Source of the DNA: Octopus vulgaris
Taxonomy: Eukaryota
Assembly (NCBI GenBank): GCA_951406725.2
Contig: OX597815.1
Location: 50,034,001 to 50,098,000, forward strand
DNA length: 64,000 bases
Direction of reading: 5' to 3'
Shown here: piece after piece, positions 27,930 to 39,980 of the stretch
Numbering within the stretch: the stretch's first letter is position 1
How the letters are laid out: each line of letters begins with the position of its first letter
Notes under the pieces: model-generated
Told to the model about the DNA's origin: nothing
The model's database searches: none
Seen by the model: the letters and a program-made list of their open reading frames with translations, nothing else
Position numbers and translations under genes: made by a program

Positions 27930-28317
27930 ACCTATTTTAGTCACTAGATTGTTGCCATGCTGGGATAACACCTTAAAGAACTTCTCTAGTCAAATGAATT
28001 GACCCTGGTACCTTGTTTTTAAAGCCTGGTACTTATTCTATCAGTCTCTTTTTTCTGAAACTCTATTATATTGGGGACATAAACAAACCTACACTGGTTG
28101 TTAAGCATTGTTGAGAAACAAGCACACACACACACACACATGATCACACATACATGTCAGGATTCTTTAAGTTTCCATCAGCCAAATTCACTTACAAGCT
28201 TTGGTCAGCCTGAGGTTATAGCAGGAGACGCTTGCCCAAGATGCCATGCAGTGGGACTGAACTTAGAAGCATTTGGTTGGGAAGCAAACATCTTACCACA
28301 CAGCTATACCTGCACCT
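27930..28317 (-). mobile_element. SINE family A
   Basis: Reverse complement of family A head and tail. Confidence 0.8.
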
Positions 28318-28959
28318 AAATGCAAAATAAAGGTTGGTTGTTTTCAACATGAACTTGTTGTAGTTATCTTAGCTGAAATATAGTTCTTGCAGACACACTC
28401 CAGTTCCTTCCTAACATTATAAAATCACTTTGAATCATTCCAGCACAGCCAGATCATCTAAACTAGTAAATAGAACAAGAAGTTCTAACATTGATGCTTT
28501 CAGATTTTCAACTCTTGTCCCTAATTGAATTCAAAAGAAAATTTCTGTCATTATATCTTTACTTGGTTATAGTCCATACTTATACCAGCTTTTATAGTGG
28601 TCTGCTGAAGACAGGTTCCCAATCTTCTATTTATTCCACTCATTCAACAATCAACCATAGAGATATTTCCAATTATTCTTTTTGTCATTTCAATTTTAAT
28701 AAGGTACTATGTCATTCAATTTGAAATGCTTTCCACTGACATAAGCTGAAAATAAAGAAACCCTAGTGGGCATTATTTTGAGCCACATTACTTTGACATA
28801 TTCATTCTAACTCTCTGGGATCTAAGTTCAGGTCCCATCAAGGTCATCTTTAATGTTCAATTTATGAGGTTGATAAGTAACAGTCTAATACTGGGCTTAG
28901 TTCTCCTCTTTCTTTTTGGATTGTATCATTATTTCAAAGGTTCAATCTTATCTTAATGT

Positions 28960-29115
28960 ACATTATTTACATTGGACAGATGTGTCTTCATCTTCTTTGT
29001 TGTTACCACAATGTTTTGGCTAATTTAGTCTCCAGCCTTCATCAGGTGTCCTGGTGGAATTTTGAACCCAACCTTGGGTTTTCATTCCTAAGGTACTCTT
29101 TTGCTGATGTTGTTG

Positions 29116-29153
<38 letters not shown>

Positions 29154-29296
29154 TATTCAAAATTCCACCAGGACACCTGATGAAGGCTGGTGAGTAAATC
29201 AGCTGAAATGCTGTGGTAACAACAAACAAACTGAGGACACATATCTGTCCAACATAAATAATGTTCAGAATTCCTCATCTCTAAAATATAGAACAG
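28960..29296. mobile_element. non-autonomous Penelope-like fold-back retroelement with two opposed hammerhead motifs
   Basis: Inverted arms 28960-29066 and 29156-29264; 14-bp TSD TCTTATCTTAATGT at 28946-28959 and 29297-29310. Confidence 0.8.
29173..29216 (+). ncRNA. minimal type I hammerhead ribozyme motif (PLE type)
   Basis: ACAC-CTGATGA-A-GGCTGG..TCAGCT-GAAA-TGCT-GTG; the opposite arm shows reciprocal CA/TG changes, implying ancestral CAGCC-GAAA-CG(T)T-GTG. Confidence 0.6.
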
Positions 29297-29391
29297 TCTT
29301 ATCTTAATGTGTAATGCTGATTTGATCTGAAAAGCAAAATTGAGGGTACAATGTGTCTGTGGAGCACTCAACTACTAATATGAGTGAAACT

Positions 29392-29706
29392 ATGTGACTT
29401 AGTGGTTAGGGTATTTGACTCATGATTGTAAGGTCATGAGGTTAATTCCTAGTAGTGCATCATATTTTTGAGCAAGACATTTCATTTCTCATTGCTCCAG
29501 TCCACTCAGCTAGCAAAATGTGTTGTACCTGCAATCCAAAGGGCCAGCCTTGTCACATTTTGTGTTGTGCAATATCTCCCTGAGAACTGTGTAATAGTAG
29601 GTGTGTCTGTGGTGTGCTCAGCCACTTCTACATTAATTCTATTAGCAAGCTGTTTCATTGATCAAATCAACTGGAACACACATTGTCATAACCATCAGAG
29701 GACCAG
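29392..29706 (+). mobile_element. tRNA-derived SINE family E
   Basis: TAGTGGTTAGGGTATTTGACTCATGATTG head, TTGAGCAAGACATTTCATTTC core, GCTCAGCCACTT...CAACTGGAAC tail; homologous to 58934-59460. Confidence 0.7.
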
Positions 29707-30401
29707 TTCCTAAGACATTAGTTTTATAAGAAGGAATTCTGTTGATCAAGCAGCTGAATGCTCCTCAATCGAACTGACAAGAAATCTTTGAACTGACTGA
29801 GGGAAAATTTTCATATCAAATAGAAAACCAAAGACGCTTTAACTGTAATTGTTGTTATATATTGTAAATAGAGTGTGACTTACATAAAATACATATATTT
29901 CCGACTGGAACAGAAGATATATATATATTATTGAGATATATTGAGATAAGCAATTCAATAAGCTACTGTAGAGTTATTTCAATTAAGTTAACTTAATTAA
30001 CGTATATTATACTTAATCGATTAGACTATATAACAGTATACTCAATTGATTGGAATAATTATACAAGGAACTGTACCAGCCTAAAGAACTAGAATGGTTT
30101 GCTTCTATTTATTCTGAAAAAGAAAAGTTACTCTTATTTTTGAAACATTTTGAAAATAAACCCATTGTAACTGAAATACACATGCTACTGAGTCTAATAG
30201 AGATGTTCTTAAGGAAGCCATCACTTGCAGCAATATATAGTTTAGACAACCAGGGAAAGTTTTATATGATCACATGACCTACTAAAAATAAGAGCCAAAT
30301 ATGAAGAAAAATAAACTATGAATAAGTGCAGGCATGGCTGTGTGATAAGAAGCTCACTTCCTAACCACATAGTTTAGGGTTCAATTCCATTGCATCACAT
30401 A

Positions 30402-30714
30402 TCAATATCTATAAAGCTGAAATGCGAAAAAGTTGTTTGATTTCTTGGTTATTTATCTAATTTTGTGATGGGAACAGTTTAAGGGGTGGTAGATGGGGTC
30501 GGATAGGGAACCAAAATTTATACTGGGAGGTAAAATGGGGTGGGCAATGGTGTCAGGAGGGTTGCAAGTCATTCGGGGCTACCGTTTGGTTGCCATGGTG
30601 AGGAATATGGGAAAGGCAAAGAAGACAAACAAAAGAAGAAAGGGAAAAGGAGACAACATGCACAAAACAACGCCACCACTAAAACCCGAGCGAAGCACGG
30701 ATCAAAATAGCTAG
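30402..30714 (+). mobile_element. non-autonomous Helitron
   Basis: 5' TC, subterminal hairpin CCGAGCGAAGCACGG (30686-30700), 3' CTAG, inserted between A and T with no TSD. Confidence 0.75.
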
Positions 30715-31008
30715 TCTTCTACTATAACCTCAGGCTGACCAAAGCCATGTGAGTGGATTTGGTCAGCCTGAGGTTATAGTAGAAGACTAGCTATTTTGAT
30801 CCGTGCTTCGCTCGGGTTTTAGTGGTGGCGTTGTTTTGTGCATGTTGTCTCCTTTTCCCTTTCTTCTTTTGTTTGTCTTCTTTGCCTTTCCCATATTCCT
30901 CACCATGGCAACCAAACGGTAGCCCCGAATGACTTGCAACCCTCCTGACACCATTGCCCACCCCATTTTACCTCCCAGTATAAATTTTGGTTCCCTATCC
31001 GACCCCAT
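30493..31008. repeat. perfect 251-bp inverted duplication with 14-bp spacer
   Basis: Arms 30493-30743 and 30758-31008; the ORF track gives identical translations on opposite strands. Confidence 0.95.
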
Positions 31009-31369
31009 GTGAGTGGAAGCCATGTGAGTGGATTTGGTAAATGGAAATTGAAAGAAGCCTGTCATATGTGTGTGTCTGTCCCCCACCGCTACTGCTTGAC
31101 AACTGGTACTGGTGTGTTTACATCACTGTAACTTAGCAGTTCAGCAAAATAACTAATAGAATGAGTACCAGGCTTTAAAAAAAAATAAGCACTGGGGTCG
31201 ATACATTCAACTAAAATTTTTTCAAGGTGATGCCTCAGAATGGCTGCAGTCTAATGACTGAAACAAATAAAAAATAAGATTGGTAGCAGAGCTTGCATCA
31301 ACATACCAGTGGTATCTACTAACATTGAGAGATAGTACTATGGAAGTAAACACACAAGTATTATACTTA

Positions 31370-31767
31370 CTCTTTTACTTGTTTCAGTCATTTGACTGTG
31401 GCCATGCTGGAGTACCACCTTTAGTCGAGCAAATCAACCCCAGGACTTATTCTTTGTAAGCCTAGTACTTATTCTATCATTCTCTTTTGCTGAACCGCTA
31501 AGTTATGGGGACGTAAACACATCAGCATCGGTTGTCAAGTGATGTTGGGGTGGGGGGGCAAACACAGACACACAAACACACATATATATACATATACATA
31601 TATACAACAGGCTTCTTTCAGTTTCCGTCTACCAAATCAACTCACAAGGCTTTGGTTGGCACGAGGCTATAGTAGAAGACACTTGCCCAAGGTGCCACGC
31701 AGTGGGACTGAACCCAGAACCATGTGGTTGGTAACCAAGCTACTTACCACACAGCCACTCCTGCACC
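31370..31767 (-). mobile_element. SINE family A, full length
   Basis: Reverse complement of the 6796-7192 type. Confidence 0.9.
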
Positions 31768-32022
31768 TAAACTTAATAAAAGCTTACTTTCTCTAAAATG
31801 AATGAAGCATCCACCCTGATTGAATGAGAACAAAATTGGTTGATGTCTTATTTATCTGTGAGCCTTTACTGCCTTTGACACATTTATAAGCCTTTCATAA
31901 AGTGGTTAAATTTTTTAATTTGTATGCAAATACTCTACTACGAAGTTTTGCATTTAGAAAATAAATGTAAATTTTAAACTATCTTTTAGATGATGTTTCA
32001 TCATTACACATGCACGTATGAC

Positions 32023-32235
32023 AGTGAGCTGGCAGAATCATTAACACAGCAGGCAAAATGCTTAGCAGCATTTCGTCAGTCTTTACATTCTGAGTTCAAA
32101 TTGCACTGAGGTCAACTTTGCCTTTCATTCTTTTGGGGGTGACAAAATAAGTTCCAGTTGAGCACTGGGGCTCAGTATAATCGACTTACTCCTCCCCCAA
32201 AATTAATAGCTTTATGCCAAAATTTGTTACCAATA
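32023..32235 (+). mobile_element. SINE family B
   Basis: GAGCTGGCAGAATC...GAGTTCAAAT...TTTGCCTTTCAT. Confidence 0.8.
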
Positions 32236-32340
32236 TTATACAGGCATGTTATCCTTAAATATTATCTTTGATTTTATTTAGATATTGAAATTGATAAAAT
32301 TGCTCATTATATATAATAGCTGTGTCTCTTAGAGAAGATC

Positions 32341-32573
32341 TTATTCCTTTATTGCCCACAAGGGGCTAAACATAGAGGGGACAAACAAAAACAGACAAAC
32401 GGATTAAGTTGATTACATTGACCCCAGGGCGTAACTGGTACTTAATTTATCAACCCCGAAAGGATGAAAGGCAAAGTTGACCTCAACGAAATTTGAACTC
32501 AGAACGTAATGGCAGACGAAATACTGCTAAGCATTTCACCCGGTGTGCTAACACTTCTGCCAGCTCGCCACCT
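32341..32573 (-). mobile_element. SINE family B, tail type 1, with 14-bp TSD
   Basis: TSD TCTTAGAGAAGATC at 32327-32340 and 32574-32587. Confidence 0.9.
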
Positions 32574-33789
32574 TCTTAGAGAAGATCAATCAAGTTAGAA
32601 AGATGACTACTTTTTAGTGAAGAGTAAATGCCATAATTCACATATTCAGATGTTATGTTTTGGATTTATATGAATCACTGTGGAATAATTTGTCAACATA
32701 CCCTATGTTCCAACCAGCCATTAACCTTCAATTATGTGAAATGTTTGATAATTTGTAATGTGACCCTATATGTGTGCACCTTTCAAAAGAGTTTTGACCT
32801 GATATAGAAACGCTGCTTCAACAAGGCTGATTATATTAGCAATTAATCAATGACTATTAAGATTTATGTAAATGCTTTTGTTTCAAATTGTTGCACATAC
32901 CAGCCATTTTTAAACTATATTACCAACTTGTTATTAACTTATTGTTAGAAAAACAATATTTTTTTAAAAATCATCTTATAAATTAGCAATGAGTTAAAGT
33001 GTAAAGAAAATCATTTTCATTGGCTTCTAACTGGAATTAGCAACTTGTTATAAGCCATTGTGTAAAGGCCCCACTTCTTTTCATCAAAATTTCTTTGCTG
33101 TATTGAATTCATAAAAAAAAAAGTACTTGATTTAATCAATGATTAGCTGTAAAAATTAATTCATTATTACTTTGTAATTAATTAGACACTTCAAAAATAA
33201 ATAATGAGCATTGATTTGAAAGCAAATAAAAGCTGTTAGTAAGGAAATCAAAATAGTCTTTGAAAACATCAAACTTGACTTTAAACGGCAATGTTTTTTT
33301 TTTAAATTGTAAGGTTTTATTGCGTCATATCTTCTCTGAAAGACTTGTGTCAAAAGGCTTCACAAAAAAAAAAAGAACAAAATCTGACGTCATTTTGTAA
33401 ATTATATTAACTATAAAATAGTTTAATTCATTAATAAAGAGTCCTTTGTATTATTATAAAAAACATGTCAAAATACTTTAAAGCTTTCAATTTTTATTGT
33501 AAGTTTTATAATTTAATTCAAATTATTAAATTCGTCCTATTTTTGATCCTTACCATGAGACAATAATGAGTATTAGATCCTGAGTCATTTTAGCTAAACA
33601 TGCAAAATACTGGTGCTTTCACTTGGGAATTTTACCTATATTTGATGACTATTGGGTGTAGGTACATCACAGAAACACTAACTGCTTACTTCGATATAAT
33701 AATTTTGGCCTTATATATACAGGAGAAAGAATATGTGCATTTGTCCCTAGAAATATATATGTATATTTCTAGGCAGAAATATACATTTC

Positions 33790-34025
33790 TGGCAGAAACT
33801 GGCAGAAACGTTAGCACGCCGGGCAAAATGCTTAGCGGTAATTCGTCTGCTGTTATGTTCTAAGCTCAAATTCCGTCGAGGTCGACTTTGCCTTTCATCC
33901 TTTCAGGGTCGATAAATTAAGTACCAGTTACATATTGGGGTTGATGTAATCAACTTAATCCATTTGTCTGTCCTTGTTTGTCCCCTCAATGTTTAGCCCC
34001 TTGTGGGCAATAAAGAAATAAGAAA
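33790..34025 (+). mobile_element. SINE family B, tail type 1
   Basis: GGCAGAAACGTTAGCACGCCGGGC...GTCGACTTTGCCTTTCATCC...GGCAATAAAGAAATAAG. Confidence 0.9.
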
Positions 34026-34031
34026 TATATA

Positions 34032-34066
<35 letters not shown>

Positions 34067-34132
34067 AACAACATATGTGAACAAACACTTTTTATTTTTA
34101 GAAGCATTGAATGTGTATTGTAATATGGACAA

Positions 34133-34337
34133 GAAGGTAATATTTCAAATGCAGCATAGCCGTGAAAACAGCAGAATGGCCCATTTAACCTAATGGTAGA
34201 GTACTCAGCCAGTATCTGAGGGTTCTGGGTTCAAGTCCCATGGCTGTCTGCTGACAACCTTTTCCTTCTTATAAGGGTAATAATACCCAATCTTTCTGTT
34301 GTTTTCACAGCTACACTGTGTTCGAAATATTACCTTC
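34133..34337 (+). mobile_element. MITE-like element with 44-bp TIRs enclosing a tRNA-like core
   Basis: TIRs 34133-34176 and 34294-34337 differ mostly by CpG decay; core 34178-34245 has A box, CTCAG/CTGAG stem with 7-nt loop and B box GGGTTCAAGTCCC. Confidence 0.7.
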
Positions 34338-34633
34338 ACGTGACCGACCAGACCATCAGCAGATGTTGTTACACATCGCTGGTCACAATGCGTTCGCATT
34401 GTTTTAGCCTTCGAATAATGCCACCCCGCTGGCTAAGCGAGCAGGCCAACAGAAGAAAGAGTGGGAGAAAGAGTGGTGAAAGAGTACAGCAGGGATCACC
34501 ACCCCCTGCCGGAGCCTCGTGGAGCTTTTAGGTGTTTTCGCTCAATAAACACTCACAACGCCCGGTCTGGGAATCGAAACTGCGATCCTGCAACCGCGAG
34601 TCCGCTGCCCTAACCACTAGGCCATTGCGCCTC
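34338..34633 (-). mobile_element. young tRNA-derived SINE family C
   Basis: GGCGCAATGGCCTAGTGGTTAGGGCAGCGGACTCG...GTTTCGATTCCC head; CpGs intact; ends GTCACGTGA. Confidence 0.85.
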
Positions 34634-34636
34634 CTC

Positions 34637-34640
34637 ACAC

Positions 34641-34715
<75 letters not shown>

Positions 34716-34809
34716 TAAATACACATGTACATACATATATAAATACACACACATACACATATACATACATACACATACTTACATGCACATACATACATGC
34801 ATGCATACA

Positions 34810-34844
<35 letters not shown>

Positions 34845-34848
34845 GTAT
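34637..34848. repeat. compound (TA)n/(TACA)n microsatellite
   Basis: Read directly; a similar tract lies at 35143-35372. Confidence 0.95.
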
Positions 34849-35341
34849 CAAATTAAATACACAACCAAAAGAGTTACTAATAGTTTCATGCTATTATGAT
34901 ACTTAAACAGGTATATTTATAAAATAAGTTATTTATCTTAAAGCTACAAGTTTTTCTAACATCATCTATATTAAATTATTCAGTGCTCCTAACACATATA
35001 TATACATATAGAGATGGAGCTTTCTCTTATAGCCACTCTTTACCCCAACACATTTGATCTTCGAACATTTTCAGAGTATAATTTTAAATCCTTTGAGCAC
35101 TACAGTGTATACTGATACTCTCTGGATCTCATCAGTTGACTCTATATATGCATATATATATATGTGTGTGTATGTATGTGTGTGTGTTTGAATATGTATA
35201 TGTATATGTATATATGTATATGTATATATGTATATGTATATATATGTATATGTGTATATATGTATATGTGTATATATGTACATGTATATATGTATGTATA
35301 TATATATATGTATATATGTATATGTGTGTGTGCGCGTGCGT

Positions 35342-35372
<31 letters not shown>

Positions 35373-35529
35373 AATGTTTGCATGGGTGTTTTATGTCTAT
35401 AAGTGCACAATCATATCTGAGTGCAAGAATGGCTGTGTGGTTAAGAAGTTTCATTACCATGTTGTTTTAGATTTGATCCTTCTGTAAGGTACATGTGTCT
35501 TCTACAACCCCAGACCAATCAATGTAAGC

Positions 35530-35776
35530 TACAGTTTCTTTCCCAAGTCATACTAACTCATAAGGGCCAGTTTCTCAATTTCCATGGCATATATATTCCC
35601 TACCTGGATGGGATGCCAGTCCATTGCAGAGTTACTCATTTTTGCCGGCTGAATGGACTGGAGCAATGTGAAATGAAGTGTTTTGCTCAAGAACACAACA
35701 TGTTGCCTGGTCCAGGAATCGAAGCTACAATCTTACAATCATGAGCCCAACACTCTAACCATTAAGCCACGCACCT
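35530..35776 (-). mobile_element. tRNA-derived SINE family D
   Basis: Head shared with family E; distinct tail CTGCAATGGACTGGCATCCCATCCAGG. Confidence 0.7.
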
Positions 35777-37884
35777 CTATTAGGCCAATCAATGCTATGT
35801 TAGTGAATTTAGAACTGAAGGGAACCTATACAAAACCTATCACACACATACACATAGATATATGTCTGAGCATGTGTGTACATGTGTAGGTGTGTGTGTG
35901 TGTGTGTGTGTGTGTATGAATGTTTATACTTTGTAATTGCATAAAAAACAATCACTGAGCTGATGTTGTCTGTTTACATTTTCCAGTCAACAGATTATTC
36001 AGTAATTTTGTTCCTTCGAAGGTAAATAGAATGGAACGTCCCTCATGAAAAAAACAGGTTAGATTAACTACAGAAGGGCATCTGGCAATAAAATGATACC
36101 TCAACAAAAGATGTATTCATGAAACCCATGCTAGCATGGAAAATATGGTTGTGAAACAAATGAACAAATACAGGTGCAGGTATGGTTGTGTAGTAAGAAG
36201 TTTGCTTCCTCATTAGATGGTTCCAGGTTCAGTCCCACTGCAAAGCACCCTTTGAAAATGTCTTCTACTATAGCATATGTGTGTGTGTGTGTTTATATTC
36301 CTGTATAGTCAATGCTTTTGAGGTAGAATAATATTAATTATATGAAAATAATTTTCTTAATTTTCTGTCTTGGAATTAAACCTTAAATAGCAATGCATTG
36401 CAGTGAGAAAGCATTACATACTTTTCTTTCCCTTATTATAAATTAATTAGTTATTTAATTATTAATACCACTTGATACTGCTGCTGTCATTTTCATTCAT
36501 TATTTTGGCTCAGACAATGGTAAGAAGGTAGCCAACTTATAATTAAAGTGAAATTAGCTTTACCATATTCAAAATAGTAAACACTAAACAGAGCATTAGA
36601 GTTTACTACAACAATGAGTAAAGTTAATGTGAATTGATCCTTTATCTGTCCAAACTACTTTGCTAAGTTTGTCAAGATGTCCATGTGTGTTTTCAGACTT
36701 TTAGTTAGCCCTTGTTTCATTCGTTCTGAGTAATAGAAAGCTTTTTTTTCATAAGCCCCAAGTTATTGTTGTTGAAAAAATTTGGAAATTTGTAAGATAT
36801 ATGAAGCAGGGATGCCAGGAAAATGTCCTGTACATCACTTGTGATACACAGGATAGGCAAAGGGTTAATGAATATGTTTTTAATTATTCCAAGTACAGGA
36901 GACACTTCTGTACATGTTTCAATCTTTTTACACCTCAGTAAAGCATAAACTTTACTATACTTACTGAAGCAGAGATGTACATAAGCAGACATGAGAATTT
37001 GCATATTTTTAAAAAGTTAATTTTTGAAAAAATTAGTTTAGGATGCCACCAGCCCTTATGAAAAGCAATAGACAAGTTAGTGTTACTATAAGCAGATCAA
37101 AGTTCATACAACACAGATACATTCAAAATTTGTTTTGTCCTGATATAGTTGCTGATGCCCTCCTGATTCTGCTGCTGATATTACCGCTATCATTCCCACA
37201 ACCACTACCACCACCACCACCACCATCACTACCACTACCACTACCACCACCACCACTACTTCCACCACCACCACCACTACTACACAGTCTAAAAGCATAA
37301 TGAACAAAATTATAGATTCCATAGATTAGAACAAAGTTGATGAAAGGTTTAATTTAATCAATGGCATTGAACTGTTGTCATGTTTCAGTTTAATTAAAGC
37401 ATTCACAGTTCTGTTTATATTAGAACAAAGATTAAATAATTGGATTAAATAGACAAAACAATTTTCCATGTTCCTCCTTTGTTTTTTTTTTTGTTTTTTT
37501 GCTTTTGTTTTCCTTTATATTTCCTTTTCCGTTTATTGTCTCTAATCCAATCTCATGGGATGTTGTACCTTTTGGTTGTTGTATGTTTGTGACTTTATAG
37601 CTCCAGTCACCCTTTCTATATCCAATGTTCACCTGACACTACTTCACATTTTGTTAGACCTTTATTCTTTCTCTCTCTTCCTTCTCTAAACATCTTGTCT
37701 TTTCTTACAGATTTTTTTGTTTGTAACCCCTGCTGTTTCTCTCAATTTTGATCCTTGTTACTTCTTCTTCCTCTTCTTCTTCTTCTTCTACTTGTTACTG
37801 TTGCTACCGTCACTATTGCTGTCTTTTAACCTTGGGTCAATTCTGATCCAACATATTTAGGATCACAAGTATTTCATTCATGGG

Positions 37885-38208
37885 TAAGGGTAAAGACTCC
37901 CTTTGGTTATGAATGATCATGGGATTGCACCTAGAAAGTTACCCTCCAAGGCACAAGTCTGGACAAGGTTGTTTATGGAAAACCAGCTGTTACCCATGCA
38001 TACCAGCCTGCCCTCTCCATGCCACTCATGTTATCCAAGAGAAAGGCAAAGGTTGATGCAACTTGGTACCAGTAGTGTCACAATTCATTTCTACAGCTGA
38101 GGGAACTAGAACAATGTGAAATAAAGCATCTTGCTCAAGAACACAACACACAACCTGGTCCGGGAATCAAACTCGCTACCTCATGATTGTGAGCCTGATG
38201 CTCTCAGC
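37885..38208 (-). mobile_element. SINE with D/E-type head and a third tail type
   Basis: TGTTCTTGAGCAAGATGCTTTATTTCAC core; tail ...CAATCCCATGATCATTCATAACC..TTTACCCTTAC. Confidence 0.65.
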
Positions 38209-38259
38209 CATGACCATATCATTTATTTGGTGTGTCTAGAACAACATTATAACTTAATG

Positions 38260-38512
38260 CAGTAACTATCAATCGGGATGCATATAGCCTTGGGGCTCCA
38301 TATAAGATATGGTTGTTTAAAATCATGTGCAATAAATTGGTTATTATTTTACAATACACAAAATATTTTAACAATTTTTTAATATAATTCCTAATACTAT
38401 TTAATTATAAAAAGAATAATAGAATTTTTAAACACCAAATGGTTATAAAAGTCCATCTGAGTAAAATTGGAATCAAAGAGATCCATAGGTGGAACATGGT
38501 TGAGAACCACTG
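38260..38512. mobile_element. hAT/Charlie-like MITE
   Basis: Right TIR GGTTGAGAACCACTG; degenerate left TIR CAGTAACTATCAATC. Confidence 0.55.
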
Positions 38513-38824
38513 ATCTGATGTGCATCATTCCCTTCTTAAGATAGGGAACTGAAATTAGTGATACATTTATCTGTCTATCCAACATATAATGGACAGATAG
38601 ATAGACTGTTGGGTGGAAACTGATTAAGGATTTTATCTATTTAGAGAGATTGTTTCTAATATAGGCACAAAACCTATAAATTGGAGGAAGGAGAGTTTGT
38701 CAATTAAATTGACCTTAGTACTGGTATTTTATTTTCCTGACCTGGAAAGGTGAAAGACAAGGGTGACTTCTGCATGATTTGAACACAGAATGCAAAGAAC
38801 AGGAACAAATAGTGTAAATGCATT

Positions 38825-39230
38825 TACTCATTTGCTTGTTTCAGTCACTTCATTGCAGCTATGCTGGAGCACCACCTTGAAGGGCTTTTGGTCAAATGGA
38901 TCAGCCCCAGTACTTATTTCTTTCTAAAGCCTGGTACTTATTCTATCCGTATCTTTTTACCAAACCACTAAGTTACAGGGATGTAAACACACCAACACCG
39001 GTTGTCAAGTGGTGATGGTAGGGACAAACGCAAACACAAAGACACACACTCAAACATATATATATATATATATGACGGGCTTCTTTCAATTTCCATCTAC
39101 CAAATCCACTCACAAGGCTTTGGTTGGCCTGAGGTTATAGTAGCAGACATTTGTCCAAGGTGTCATGCAGTGAGATTGAACCTGAAACCATATGGTTGGC
39201 AAGCAAACTTCTTACCACACAGCCATACTT
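38825..39230 (-). mobile_element. SINE family A
   Basis: Homology to the other family-A copies in the window. Confidence 0.85.
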
Positions 39231-39542
39231 CCACATCTATATGATGTTCTACTAGCTTTGCCATGTTAATAGAGAAATTAATAAGGAATATTATTCATAT
39301 TATTTAGTGATACTAACATTATAATTAATATTATAAAATAGTATGACAAATCTAATGCAATTTTAGTAATTTATGATTGAGAGTGTGCATCCAATAATTT
39401 GAAGTTTGTGTGTGTGTGTGTGCATGTGTGTGTGTTTGAGTGTGCATGTACAATATTTAATGCTATTACTAATCTATGAGATTTTAGTAATACAATAATG
39501 GGAGAATAACTCAAATAATTTGAATTTGTTTTATTGTTGCTG

Positions 39543-39699
39543 TGCAAGTGTGACTGTGAGTTAAGAAGTTTGCTTTCCAACCACATGATTCTGGGTTCAA
39601 TCTTACAGCATGGCAAATTGGGTAAGTGTCTTCTTCTAGAGCATGAAGCTGACCAAAGACTTGTGGGTGAATTTGGTAGATGGAAACTGAAAGAAGCAC

Positions 39700-39795
<96 letters not shown>

Positions 39796-39980
39796 TGTGT
39801 GTCACTTGACAACCAGTGCTGGCTTGCTTATGTCTTTGTAACCTAGTGGTTCAGTAAAAAGAAACTGATAAAATAAGTACCAGGCTTTACAAAAAAATAA
39901 GTATTGGGGCTGATTCATTTTTCAAGGCAGAGCCCCAGCATGGTCACAGTCTAATGACAGAAACAAGTAAATGATAGAAG
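39543..39980 (+). mobile_element. SINE family A with expanded internal (GT)n
   Basis: Family-A homology; (GT)n at 39702-39794. Confidence 0.85.

Larger units (their letters stand above)
30327..31280 (+). mobile_element. SINE family A interrupted by a Helitron and an inverted duplication
   Basis: Head at 30327-30400; body resumes at 30715 and again at 31018. Confidence 0.8.

Noticed and set aside
30493-31086. Two identical 73-aa ORFs (MGSDREPKF...) on opposite strands
   Set aside because: They are a by-product of the inverted duplication of a non-coding Helitron end; no evidence of a gene
34178-34250. Possible tRNA-Thr(AGT) gene
   Set aside because: Acceptor stem does not pair, C at position 33, and it sits inside TIRs; treated as tRNA-derived
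34528-35470. Many overlapping ORFs rich in YI/CV/HT (also near 3093, 5683, 7313 and 39371)
   Set aside because: Translations of stop-free microsatellites
36717-37004. 95-aa minus-strand ORF with a gtaagt donor near 36964
   Set aside because: No usable acceptor and not needed for the phase chain
37043-37322. Poly-Pro/poly-Val ORFs (also poly-His at 62552-62780)
   Set aside because: (CCA)n/(TGG)n microsatellites without convincing splice context
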